From the NCBI GenBank assembly GCA_965112735.1, contig OZ218956.1:868001-932000 (forward strand): a stretch of 64,000 bases of DNA, given 5' to 3'. The notes beneath the pieces were generated by a model that was given only the letters and a program-made list of their open reading frames with translations, was not told where the DNA came from and searched no databases. The DNA comes from Phaeosaccion multiseriatum (Eukaryota; Protista; Ochrophyta, other classes). Positions 38,683-49,997 of this stretch are shown piece by piece. The position numbers and the translations under genes were made by a program. Numbering within the stretch: position 1 is the stretch's first letter; every line of letters begins with the position of its first letter.

Positions 38683-41600
38683 CCTCTCCCCCTCTCTCTC
38701 CATCTCCCTCTCCCTCTCCCTTTCCCTCCCTCCCTCCACCTAAAACATGCCCTTGCTCGCCAGCCCATCTTTAAGAACGGCAGGCCTCTCTCTCAGTATG
38801 CCCAGTGGTACGGCGTGGACTACACGCTGCCTGTGACGAGCAGCTTGCTCGATGATGATGCCATAATCGCGGCTTGGGACGGCTGCAGCTCGATACCCAT
38901 AGAGAACCCCAACGTGCCGGGCATAGGAGAGGTGACGCAGGTCCGTATACATAAGCTTCGCTGGAGGCTGTATACATAAGCTTCGCTGGAGGCTGCATGC
39001 ACAGCCAAAAGTCACTCATCCTGATTCTCGCATTGTCTAGGTTGACTCGATACGGGACCCCTGGAGAGAGCTCAACGAGCTCACGTGCAAAATCAACCCC
39101 GGCAATCGCACCAACGGCGTCGCCACTTACCTTAACCAAAAGCTCCTGCTCATAGGCGGGCGGACCAGCGAGTCTGACCTCTCCCACGACGGATGGTACA
39201 GGGACGACCGAACTCCAACCGCCTTTTTCAGCAGAGTAAGACATAGACAAGTCTCGAGGCCCTTGGTCCCGGGCTGGCGGAGCTGGATACTCGCACCAAT
39301 ATATGTTCCTCCTTCTTACCCCATTCCTTTGCCCGCTCAGACTCCTTCCAGTGGTACTTCAGCGACCAAGTTCGGCTTTACTTGCGACGAAGAGATGTGC
39401 ATGTACCAGTTTCGGCTGTACGACCTGGACGAGAACCTCGAGGTGGTAGCTTGGACGGACAAATTCAGCTCGGCGAGCGTCAAGTATCTGGACCGATGGA
39501 GCGGAGGACCTGGCTCTGGTACTTACATTGCGTACGTCCGCGCCATAGACCCCGCTGGCAACTCTGACTTTACCTACAGGTATGTTGGGTGAGGGAGCGA
39601 GTGAGGGAGTGAGTGAGTGGGGGCGTGCGTGAGTGCGTGAGTGCAGAAGGAGGAGGAGAAGCGACATCACGCCCTGCGCTGGACTGTCGTTCACATTCCC
39701 TCCGTCCCTTTCCTACCCCTCTCCCTTCCTCGCTCCCTTCCTCGCTCCCTTCCTCGCTCCCTCCCTCCCTCCCTCCCTCCCTCCCTCCCTCACTCACTCA
39801 CTCACTCACTCACTCACTCACTCACTCACTCACTCACTCACCGTCAGAGAGGGCCTGAACATGTTTACCTGGGAATATGCTAATCCCCTGCCTTGGGGTC
39901 TCCTTCTGGGCGGTACGACGGGGCTCCTTGTGGTCCTATTTTGTCTCTACGTGGAACATCGCAGGCGCAAGAAATCTCGAGCAATGAAGAGGCGCGTAAA
40001 GCCTCCTGTGAGAGGCACCACCCCTCTCTCTTGTCTCTTAGATCTCTGTCTCTTTGACCTTTGTCTCTGTCTTTGTCAGTCTGTCGAGCTGTCCCCCGCC
40101 TAGAACTGCACAAATGCCCCACGATTGCACTACTCCTACCCTCGGGGTACAGTTTAGGCTCACTCAGTACTATTCCTCCTCTTTCGGTCAGGTACGCGAT
40201 GAAGCGAATGCGGCGCAAGTTCAAGCAGCAGCAAAAGAAAGATGTGAGTTTTTGGAGTATTACCATGTAGTGGGAGGGCTCGCCAAAGTGAGCGCGGTGT
40301 GTGCATTTGAGTGCGTATGTGCATACGTGGCTAAGAGAGTGGACGAGTGTGCGCGTTAGGGTCGGTGAGAGGACTGCCGGAGGCCCGGAAGTGAACTTTC
40401 AGAGTATTTCACGACGGAAATGTCTTGATATTTTGGGCTGTGCCAAGCACCTGCGAGCTCAGGTAGAGGAGAAGGAGGGGGTGAGGAGAGTGCGTGAGTG
40501 GGTGAGGGAGTGGGTGGGTGGGTGCGTGCATGTGTGTGTGTCCATGTGTGAGTGAGGGAGTGAGTGAGTGAGTGGGTGGATGGGTGGGTGTGGATGAGTG
40601 AGTGAAAGAATGAGTAAGTGCATGCGTAGGGGGTGAGGGAGTGAGTGAATGAGCGAGGGAGTGGGTGAGGGAGCGTGTGGAGGCGTGAGAAGTGGGTACA
40701 TGCGTGAGTGGGTGATGAGTGAGGAGGAGGAGCGCCATCACGCACTGCACATTACTCGACTCCCTCACTCTGTCTCAAGGTGCTACTCTTGTCCTGCCTT
40801 GTGTTTATCGTCCGAGTGATGATATGATGACAAGGAATGCATCTCTAAAAGGGGGAGAAGCCAGAGCCCAGAGCTCTAGGCTACTGGGCCCGTCTAGGGC
40901 CGAGCCTTGCAGCACTCTCTAACCTATATGTGTCCTCCTCTCGTACCGATAATAGGCCAAGGACAAAGATTGGAGAGCCCTGTACGAACCGGGCGCGACT
41001 GATGGGAAGAGTGGGAAGAAGAAGAAGGCAAAGGATAAGAAGGGCAAGAAAAGGGGGAAGAAGAAGAAGAAGAAGAAGCGCAAGAGCAGCAAGAGGAGCA
41101 AGAGTAAGAGCAAGGAAAGCCGGGCGAAGTCCAGAGAGCGGTCCAAGCGACGTGCAGACAAGCGGAAGAAGCGGAGGCGAAAAAGGTGACTGGCTGGCAT
41201 GTCCCAAGGAAGGCAACGAACGTAACGGTGGTGACTCAGTCTTTCATCTGCCTCTCCTTCTGTATCCTCTGTTTCTCTCTCTCCCGATGCGGGCTATGAT
41301 GCCCCCCCCCTATCCAACAGGTCGAAGAAACGAAAAAGCCGCAGTAGGAAGGCAAAGCGGAAGAAGAAGAAGAGCTCACGGGCCAAGTCCAGGGAGCGGT
41401 CCAAGCGACGTGCAGAAAAGCGGAAAAAGCGGAGGCGAAAAAGGTGTGTGTGTGTGTGCATGCGGGCGTAAACGTTGTGTTTGTGTCTCTTATTCTCCAT
41501 CTCCATCTCCCTCTACTCTGTGTCTCTATGTCTCTCTGTCTCTCCCTTCTGGCTGCATACGATGATGCCTCCCCCTATCTGACAGGTCGAAGAAACGAAA

Positions 41601-41706
41601 GAGCCGCAGTAAGAGCAAGGAAAGGAAAAGCAAGAAGAAAAAGAAAAAGAAGAAGAGCTCACGGGATAAGTCCAAGAAGAAGAAGAAGAAGAAGAAGAGC
41701 TCTTAA
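31415..41706 (+). CDS. Large kelch-repeat type I membrane protein with a very basic C-terminal tail; about 10 exons
   Basis: Signal-like N-terminus; kelch motifs (LFVLGG, WSPRRHHQAVYFNDKMWVLGG, WSPREAHGAV, YVLGG, YLIGG); Ig/FN3-like YVRAIDPAGN; TM PWGLLLGGTTGLLVVLFCLYV; K/R/S tail. Approximate exons: 31415-32995, 33081-33404, 38764-38940, 39041-39235, 39341-39579, 39848-39991, 40192-40243, 40956-41184, 41320-41443, 41586-41706. Confidence 0.8.
33430..38735. repeat. ~5.3-kb compound (CT)n/(CA)n low-complexity tract filling one intron, with an internal ~1.47-kb tandem duplication
   Basis: Direct reading; intron donor at 33405 and acceptor at 38763; identical landmarks 1474 bp apart. Confidence 0.98.
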
Positions 41707-41960
41707 CTATTCGCCCCCCCCCTCCTCCCCTTCTCAATACAAGTATCTACCAACCTTCGCCCTGCAGCTCTTGTACCCGCCCTTTTGAGAAGCCCGTCTC
41801 CAGGTCCACTATGCTTACTCGAACCTCCCCCAAGCTCGGCCCCGGACGTTATTATAGCATGCGCCGACCATAATCAGTAATCAGGCCTGGCTAATGTAAT
41901 AAACAGACAGATATGCTTACCGACGTGCTATCGACGCATTCTCGCGTGCGATCGGCCGCC

Positions 41961-42115
41961 GCCGATAGCAGATAGCACACCGGCTGGCACCGGCAATAGC
42001 AGATAGCACGTCCTGGCGCTGGCGCGCGGGTGGGGGCAGGTAAAAAATCAACCCCTGATACACTATCCGCTATCCGCTATGGCCGGCGCCAGCCGGCGCG
42101 CTATCCGCTATCGGC
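41961..42115. repeat. 47-bp imperfect inverted repeat (41961-42007 / 42069-42115), intergenic; possible MITE relic or hairpin
   Basis: The left arm matches the reverse complement of the right arm with 6 mismatches. Confidence 0.9.
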
Positions 42116-42236
42116 CGGCGGCGGGTAAGAAAAATGAAAAATGGGTACCCACCCCTGGGTACTAAGAAAAGGGTTCTTTGGCGACGCCTTGATGGATTCG
42201 GATTCTATCTTTTTCTACTTCCAAAAAAAAAAAAAA

Positions 42237-43482
42237 ATGGTAGGGGAGGAGATACAGCGAGCTTTGAGCAGCAGAATAGTGGAGGGTTGCGCGCTTCTAG
42301 GCGACGTTTGCCCAATGGAGGCCTGCGGCACGCCGCTGATCCGGGACTTAGAACAACAGGTTTGTTTTTCGCCTGGCGGGGGGGAGAGCAGCCGCACCTC
42401 CCTCCTGTGTTTTTGCTTCTTACCCGTGGTAGTGGTGCTTTTGCTGCTACTCTCTTCAGATGTACTGCGTTAAGTGCAAAGCCTTTTGCTTGAGCCAAGA
42501 GCAAGCTGCCAAGGGGGGTCTTTATCCCCCGACTATATCAAGAGAAGATGGACCGCCTTCGCCCCCACGGCTCGCGAGATCAGAGGTTGAAGCAGAGCGT
42601 GTAATGTCTGAGCGGTTATTGCAGGGGTGGGCAATGCTGGCTGAGGCATGCCCGGTGCGGGGATGTGTGTACCCCTTGATGAGGAGCTTGACAGGTGAAG
42701 TGGAGTGTTGCTCTTGCCTGGCCAGTCCCGACGCCGAACAAGACGCGAGTGGTGGAAGTGACGATGGGGGGCGCTTGGGCTCACCACCGCCACTCATGAC
42801 AGACTCGGAGTTTGCGCAGCGGCAGAAACGTCGTGATTCGCTGAGCTCAAATCTGGGGCTCTACCTAATGCGGGGCTTCAAGATGGAGCGCCAGTCCTGT
42901 CCTGGAGTTGGCTGCGTACCTTTGGGGTGCCCTCTGCTGCGCGAGCCTGGCGACGGTGACAACTTGTACTGCTGCCTGTGTGAGCATTATTTCCAGCTCG
43001 AGCATGCCACAGGGCTTTTGCGACAAGTGTCCGGGACGGCGGCGACTGCTGCCGCAGCAGCGGGCTCTGCTGATGTCGTTGTACCGAGTCCTCCACAGTC
43101 GGGGGACGTGAGCAAAGCGCTGGCCCAAAACCTTGCAGCGGGCCATGCTCTACTTAAAGAAGGTTGCAAAGACTGCGAAACTCCCCTGATGAGGGCTGCT
43201 ACTGGTGTAGTAAGTTGCGTCGGATGTGGCAGAGTAGTGAGTGAGGAGGTCCAACAGAAGAACCAAAGTGTAGAGTCATCGCCGCCTGCCCCCCCTGTCA
43301 TTAGCGAGGCCCATCGACGCAGCAGCATTCGGGAGGGCTCAGTAAGTGCGCTGTACACGGCGCTGGATTGGGCTCAGGCGCAGCTCCAAGACGCCAAATC
43401 AGCACATGAAATGGTCACCCTGACCGAACTGATTCGGCAGCTGGCCAGCGCTGTTGGGGAAGTACAAGCCATGGAGCTCTAG
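42237..43482 (+). CDS. SSSCA1/ZNRD2 (Auto_anti-p27)-like protein with four zinc-ribbon repeats (2 exons)
   Basis: Four copies of L..G..L....C..C..PL.R......C..C, plus a C-terminal helix LYTALDWAQAQL...LIRQLA. Confidence 0.8.
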
Positions 43483-43700
43483 GAGATTTCCCCCCCCCAA
43501 CTGCATTGTAAGTACTTAGAATGTAAGAAGAGGAGAACAGGGGTGTGGGGAGTCGGGACAACCGACCCTGAGCCGCAACTATCACATTCGCCGCCACATG
43601 CAGCACCAGCAAATGAGAAATGCTACTCAGAAAAGAAGAAGAAGAAGAAGAAGAAGAAAGGCCCTTCAACACAGCCATCTGTTCGCTCTCCTCTCCCTTG

Positions 43701-44704
43701 TCACAAAAGGGGGCCAGGGCCTTTCCAAACGATACGCCCGTCCACCGCGAAAGCGAAGCGGCATCCTTTCTTGACTAGTCTCCTGATTCCTCCTCCTCCC
43801 TGTGCGTGGTTCAAGGGCGGTGTCGCGATGAGAAGACATTCCCTGGAGTCATGCACGACAATGCCAGCCAGCCCAGTCTGGGAGGGCGTGGCCGCCTGGG
43901 TGACGCGAACAAAGGCTCCCAGGAGGTCTGCCACCTGAAGGCGCTGCATCAACAGCCGCTCGTCGTTCCCCACATGCCCCACCAGCTCCCGGGCGTACTC
44001 TTGCCATGCGCTGTGCAGCAACGCCACTTCACCAAAGGGTAGGGCAAGGAGCTCTTTCATGGCCAGCCGGTCCAGTCCCTGCCGCTTGCAGCGCCTGCCA
44101 CTCCAGCCCCTGCTTGTCATAGCGATTGAATCATACAATATAGGTTAGGGGAGGGGGGCTCCATTGCTTTGGGACAAAAACTCTTGCTCCAGACCTCGTC
44201 TCGCGTCTCCTTTCAAGGGCCTTCTTGTCGGAAGAACCCCGCGTAGCTTTCCCCCCCTCTCCCGCGACCTGGAAACTCCGCCCAAGCATTTTGCTCTGCA
44301 GCAGCAGCTCTCCTTTGGGAAGCAAGTCCCTCATGAAGGAGCGAATGTCTCCCCGGTCTGTGTCTTGAGACGGGTTGGCCTCCAGCAGTCTTGGCGCCAA
44401 GCGCGCATAGAATCGTTGCGCATCGGCGTTGAGCTGCAGCTTGCTGTCCTCATTCCTGCTCACGGAATTGCCTGTTGGGATGGCAGCTTGATCAGCAGCA
44501 GCGAAGAGCACACGAGTGGGACAACCGCGCACCTGACAATCTGATTTTGGCCTCTCTTTCCGCCCTTACTACACTCGTAGCCCAGGTTGTGCGCCCCCCC
44601 CCCCCTGCACTAGGCGTGTCCCTTGCGGCTGCTGCTGCAACTGTCGTGGGGCTGAAGAGCTCATCCAAATCTGCAAGCAAACGCTTCTTGCATGCCCCCT
44701 TCAT
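43701..44704 (-). CDS. POP4: RNase P/MRP subunit p29 (POP4/Rpp29)
   Basis: LHSAWQEYARELV...ADLLGAFVRVTQAATPSQTGLAGIVVHDSRECLLI...KKGCRFAF matches the Rpp29 pattern. 5' exon structure uncertain. Confidence 0.85.
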
Positions 44705-44973
44705 TATGTGGACAATCGATTCTAGAGAGTCTTTTACTTTTATGCACAATCTTCAATTTTCCTCATCATCCTTTTCTCCCCCTCTCTCTCCTGTTGCTGC
44801 CTGCCGTGCTACTGCTGCTCCTCTCCACAAGGATTCGTGACCAAATTCTTCTGGAGGCTGCATCAGCAGAACGGGGGGGGCTGGGAAACAACATACCACG
44901 TCTTCTCTGAGCCGCACTGGGTGAGAGCACCGCAGGCGATACCATCAGAAAGACCAAGAGCCAAGAGGGATAA

Positions 44974-45493
44974 ATGGCGGTTCCATTATCGCAGCGACTG
45001 TATATTTTCTTCATCGTGGTGCTGACTCTGTTTGCCTTCGCGGCGTGGACCTCTGAAGACGGGGAGAACGCGTTGTGGGCGATGTGGACGGTGCCAATAA
45101 TCTTCCTGGGTGTGGGCCTGTTGGTTTCCTGCGTCTTCGGCGACAGCAAGCAGTTTATCTCCGACTCTGACTATGAGGTGGGGCAGCCATAGAGCAGAAC
45201 TAGACTGTGAATAGGGGTTAGTCTGGCAAGGAGCTGCTTTCAGCTTCAGGCGCCTCATCATACCTCTGGCCCTAAAGTGGGCTGTACGGACTCATAACCC
45301 TAACCCAAACCTGCTAACCTTAGCACTAAAACCCCAAGCGGTTTGGTGAGATGGTAGAGTTAGGTTTTGGGCCAGGTTCAGGCCGGCAGCCCTACCTTTC
45401 TCTATGCCCCGCCTCTAACTTTCCCCTCTTCCACCCTCCTCCTCTCTCGTGTACGCGCAGAATTTCCGACGGAGAATAGATCCCATGTACTGA
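44974..45493 (+). CDS. Small (~78 aa) two-TM membrane protein of unknown function (2 exons)
   Basis: MAVPLSQRLYIFFIVVLTLFAFAAW...WTVPIIFLGVGLLVSCVF...DYE spliced to NFRRRIDPMY* (45461-45493). Confidence 0.6.
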
Positions 45494-45721
45494 CTGATTT
45501 TGCCGAAAGGGGAGGGAAGATGGCTTGACCAAGGGGTGAAAATGGTCTGTGATGTTGCCCTCAGGCATGAGGATGCACTGCTACCTCAAGGGATCAAGGA
45601 GTCTTGTGCTCTCGTGTGTCCATCGGGATGAAGATGCGCTGCTACCTCGAGAGCTCTGCCTTTGTGCAGGACGAATGGTCTGATTGGCAGTGACTCTGCA
45701 CAGGTAGCTAGCTGCTCCAAG

Positions 45722-45743
45722 ACACACACAACACACTCACTCA

Positions 45744-45806
<63 letters not shown>

Positions 45807-45831
45807 CACACACAACACACACACACAGACA
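45722..45831. repeat. (CA)n microsatellite
   Basis: Direct reading. Confidence 0.97.
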
Positions 45832-46500
45832 GAGATTATAGGGGAGCCGGGTTTTCCTCCACGTGAGTGTACGAACGGGAGGAGAAACCTCCATTTGCTG
45901 AGGGGGCCCTAAAGTGGAAAATATGTCGCTGGCTGCCTGGCTGGCTGTGCCCCCCTTTTCATCCTTTCCCCCCTTTCTCCACACACACTGTTCGGCGAGG
46001 CGATTTTCTTTGACCAGCGTGAACACCGAAAATAGGACTATCATTCCTCTAAGGTACTTCCTACCCCGTGGGGTACAGTTGGGCGAGTAAAATGCCATAA
46101 ACTACGTCCTAAAAAGACTTGTAGAAAAAATGGAACGGGGATGGAGTACCAGCAGCTCCCTCACACTTCGGCAGCAGCAGGAGTAGCAGCACAGGACCAC
46201 CCAGCCTTGACGCAGTTACAGGAGAACCCCCCCTCCTATGATCTTCTTGTACATATGATAGGCCTCAACTCAGGCGCAGACCTTCTTTGGTGGTGGAGTG
46301 AACTTATTCTTGGCCATTCACAAGTATTCTTGGCCATTCACAAGTGCCCGCTTTAGAAAGCTGAGGTAACTCATCTTTCTCATTAATGGCGCTGCCAGAC
46401 GGTCGTGCTCTACAATACTACATACGCACTTTCATCTCAGCCGTTTCTGGGAGCCCTGGCGTCCAAAACTCTAGTGTGCGGGAGGGAAGGTCCGTTGACT

Positions 46501-48369
46501 TCAAGATGCCTTGGCCAAGGGGTCAAAGTAGTCAGTGTTCTTGCCCATGGGGCGGTGCTTGACCGTGGCCGGCTTTCCCGCCATTTCCCACGCCTTGACT
46601 ACGCCTTCAAAGTCCTCCATGGTAAAGGACAGCACCATCTGCCTGTTGTGCTGCTGCCCTGCCGCCGCAGCCTCTGCATCGGGCGGCTGAGTGCTGATCG
46701 TCTGGGGCATGCCGTCTTTCAGGGAAACGTTGGCCTCTCCAGTCTTGATCAGAAAAGAAAAGTCAAAGATATTCTCCACGGACTGTGTGGGTGTCATGTG
46801 AGAGCAAAAGGCAAGTGGTTAGGCATTGCTTCGGAGGGGAGCAGTAGCAGCAGCAGCAGCAGCAGCAGGCATTGCTTGGATATGACAAGCCATACCTGGG
46901 TAAACGACGCGGGGTCAATGAGGAAAGGAAAAAGGTCCAGGCCCGCGTGGTTGGTCTTCTTCATGAGGTCCTTTTGCACTTGCTGTTTTGTTTGTTGACG
47001 TAGGGGCACACACCGCAAGCGCAGGATAAGATGGTTCAACTCAAACAACGTATCCCTCCAAAGAAAGTAGTATCTCTCACCTTGAGTGTGCAGATGCGCT
47101 TGTCGGTGGCGTCCTGCTTGGCCTCCTTGCTGTTCGCCGTCTGCGTCACCTCCTCGGGGCGGATTTCCTGGCAGCAAATTCGAGCGTGAGGCAACGGGAG
47201 TTTTTTCAGACTAAAGAAAGGGTGCTGAGCTCTCTCGGGGTTTCAGACTCCTCTTACCGCAGCTGTTTCCACCACCTTCTTTCTTCGCACCGCCTGCTTG
47301 CGGACCTTCTCGGGCTGGTTTGGGGTGGGTGGGGTGAAGGGGGAGATTTGACACGGCCAGAGGGGGGTAAATTACAATTTCAAGCCATCAGAGGCTGTGT
47401 ACCAAACTCACCTTGTCCAAGGGCCCCAGCATGCAATTAAAAGTCGGCGTGTTCCCAAAATACACGCCAACCGCAACGCCCAGCTTGCTCCAGCTGAAGT
47501 CGGTCTTGCCGTTGCGCGTGCCCTGATCCCTGAGCTTATCGCACAGCTGCGGAGATGGGACACAGCCCACCATGGAAAATATCCTCTCGTAAGCGCGCGA
47601 GACACCTGGGGCAGGTTTTCGTTTCTGCGAGACTCACCGCTTCCGGGTCGACCTTGCACTTGGTCCCAGTGAGATCGTCCACCTGCTTCTCCGTGGCCTT
47701 GACGATGTGCTTTTGGTTTTCTGCGTCCATCACTGCCTCACGAGCATGCCCAACTTCCTTGAAGAGCTGCAGCAAGAAGAGCGTTTTGACAAGACCTCTC
47801 AGTCAGAGAGGGGGATCTCGGGGACGGCGCGCGCGCCAGTGTTCTCTCGCTCTCTCACCTCGTCATTCTGCTTGCTGAGAGTGTGAAATGCGTCCTTGGT
47901 CACGTCCCCAATCTCGTCCTGCTGGGCGAGAATGTCCTCTCGTAGCGAACGCTGCTTCTTGCGCAGCTCCCGGCGTTCCTCTTGGGTCTGCTTCTGTGCC
48001 CTTTTCACCTGCTTCTTCATCTTCTTCTTTCGGTTCGCGGCTACATCAACGTCCTCCTCTTCCTGCTCCGCTTCCCCAGTCCCCTCTTCCTCCCTGGCCT
48101 CTTCGTCATCGCGGCTTGGATATGAGTAGCAGAGAGGTGAAAGGATACGGAAACAAGTGAGTGAGAGAAGAGGAGGAGGAGGAGGAGGAGGAGGAGGAGG
48201 AGGAGGAGGAGGAGGAGGAGGAGGACTAAAGGAAAAAGGGGGGAGAGCAAGCAAACAAAAAAAAAACACGAAGCCCAAATCTAGAGTCAATTCCCGCCGA
48301 GAGGGATGCCCCCTATCTTTGGCTCACCATGCCCCCCGCGTACCTTCTCTTCTTCCCCTTTCCCGCCAT
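46501..48369 (-). CDS. NSE4: SMC5/6 kleisin subunit Nse4/EID3
   Basis: ERRELRKKQRSL, LFKEVGHAREAVMDAE, FSWSKLG...FNCMLGPL, LFPFLIDPASFTQ/SVENIFDFSFLIKTG, QMVLSFTMEDF. Exon 1 MAGKGKKR starts at 48369. Confidence 0.9.
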
Positions 48370-48505
48370 GTTTGATCGGGTTCCTGCTACACTGTATTCA
48401 AAAAAAAATCGGTTTCCGCCTCCCTGCATGAGTAAGCGTGTTGGTGCTCCAGTCGCCAATCCCCCCCCCCCCTCTGACAAGGGAGACTTAAATCGCCAAT
48501 CGCCA

Positions 48506-49696
48506 ATGGGAAGCCGCTCGTGGCAGATTGGGCAGACGCAGCAGCTGCTGCTGCGGTCATTGGGTGGTGCGCTTTGGGTGATTCGCTCTCATGATACCTG
48601 GAGCTACTGGCACTACCCAGCTTTCCTCGTGCTCTGCTGCCTCGGGCTGGAAGTGTGGACCGGGCTTGCGCACGTCTTGGGTACAGCCAGGAGGGCGTGG
48701 CTAATCCCGGCCAGGGGCAAGCACTTGGACTCTTTCGAAACCGTCGACTATCTCTGCATAGCTCACAACAAGGTCTGGTGCACACAAACAGGCTGCCCAA
48801 GTGGGAAATGGAGCTTGCCTTGCTTACCATCACCACCCCCCCCCCCCTGCCGGTGCTCTCTGCCACAGGTATTCACCTCTCTATTCACCTATCATCTCCT
48901 GCAGTTCACTCAAAGAGGCCCGTTCGAGTGGGCTTTGGACAAGCTCTCGTGCACCAATTTTCTGGGGGGAGTGGTCGCCCTCTTCCTTGTCTATGACTTC
49001 TTCTACACGCTTTTCCACATGTAAGGGCGGCTCTCCCACGCGGGAGCACACAGTCTACCAAATTTCGACATCTATCTAAGAACTCCTCTTCTTCTCGCCC
49101 GTAGGTTTCTGCACCACCGCTCGGTGTACAAGTACGTCCACAAACATCACCACCGACAAAAGGCCCCATCGAGAGGAAACAGTGACGCTGTGAACGTTCA
49201 CCCCTTCGAGTTTGTGACCGGAGAGGTAAGAACACCTCTCGCTGTGCTCGGCGCTGTGCGTAGGGTGGGGGTTGTACATGCTGAAAATGGTGGGGGGGCC
49301 CACGGGCATGGAAGTGTGAGGGGACAGATGCTAATCCACGCCCCCTCCCTCACCCCCCCACCCCAAACACCGCAGTACAACCACCTGGCAGCTGCTTACT
49401 TGGTGTCCAGGATTATGCCTGTACACGCCCTTGCGGTTTGGACCTTTGTTTTGCTGGGAGGGTTTGCTGCTTCCTTGAACCACACCCGCTTCGACTTGAA
49501 GCTGCCCATCTTTCCGAGCCTGTTTCAGGTCAAGTATCACGATATCCACCACTGGTACCCCGATTGCAATTACGGTCAATACAGCGTGTTGTGGGACAAG
49601 GTGTTTGGGTCATTCAAGCCTTATCCAGATGACGGGCTTGACTCGAGAGCGGGGGGGGATTTCCGAACGGCAGCGAAGGAGACCAAGTCCCAATAA
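48506..49696 (+). CDS. Fatty-acid hydroxylase / sterol desaturase family membrane enzyme
   Basis: His boxes FHMFLH, VHKHHH, LNH and HDIHH, then NYGQYSVLWDKVFGS. Start at 48506 or 48428. Confidence 0.9.
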
Positions 49697-49789
49697 CGAC
49701 GGGGGAAGAGAAGGCTTGCTTCCTCCCCACCTCACGGACGGGAGCTCCAGAATGAAGGTTTTCAGTTTTTTAGCCTCGGCCAATATGGG

Positions 49790-49997
49790 AGCAAGCGAGC
49801 AAGAGGGAGCGAGGGACAGAGCGAGGGAGGCGAGAGGGCGCGAGAAGGGGGGGAGGGAGAGGGTGGCAGCGAGCGTGAGAGCGCGAGTGATAGAGATACA
49901 CACACAGAGAGAGAGAACGGGAGGAGAGAGAGCGGGAGAGGGAGAGAGGGTGGCTTCGAGCGCGAGAGCGCGAGTGAGAACGGGCAGTAAGAGAGCC
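49790..49997. repeat. Purine-rich (GA/GCGA) low-complexity tract, intergenic
   Basis: Direct reading; partly duplicated GAGAGGGTGGC...GAGCG(T/C)GAGAGCGCGAGTGA block. Confidence 0.8.

Noticed and set aside
33048-38774. 1908-aa and 1800-aa Leu/Ser/His/Thr ORFs
   Set aside because: CT/CA repeats contain no stop codons; the tract lies between a donor and acceptor that join sensible exons.
45745-46360. ORFs 45745..46098 and 46141..46356
   Set aside because: No recognisable motifs; the first ends in a CA repeat. Probably UTR or intergenic.
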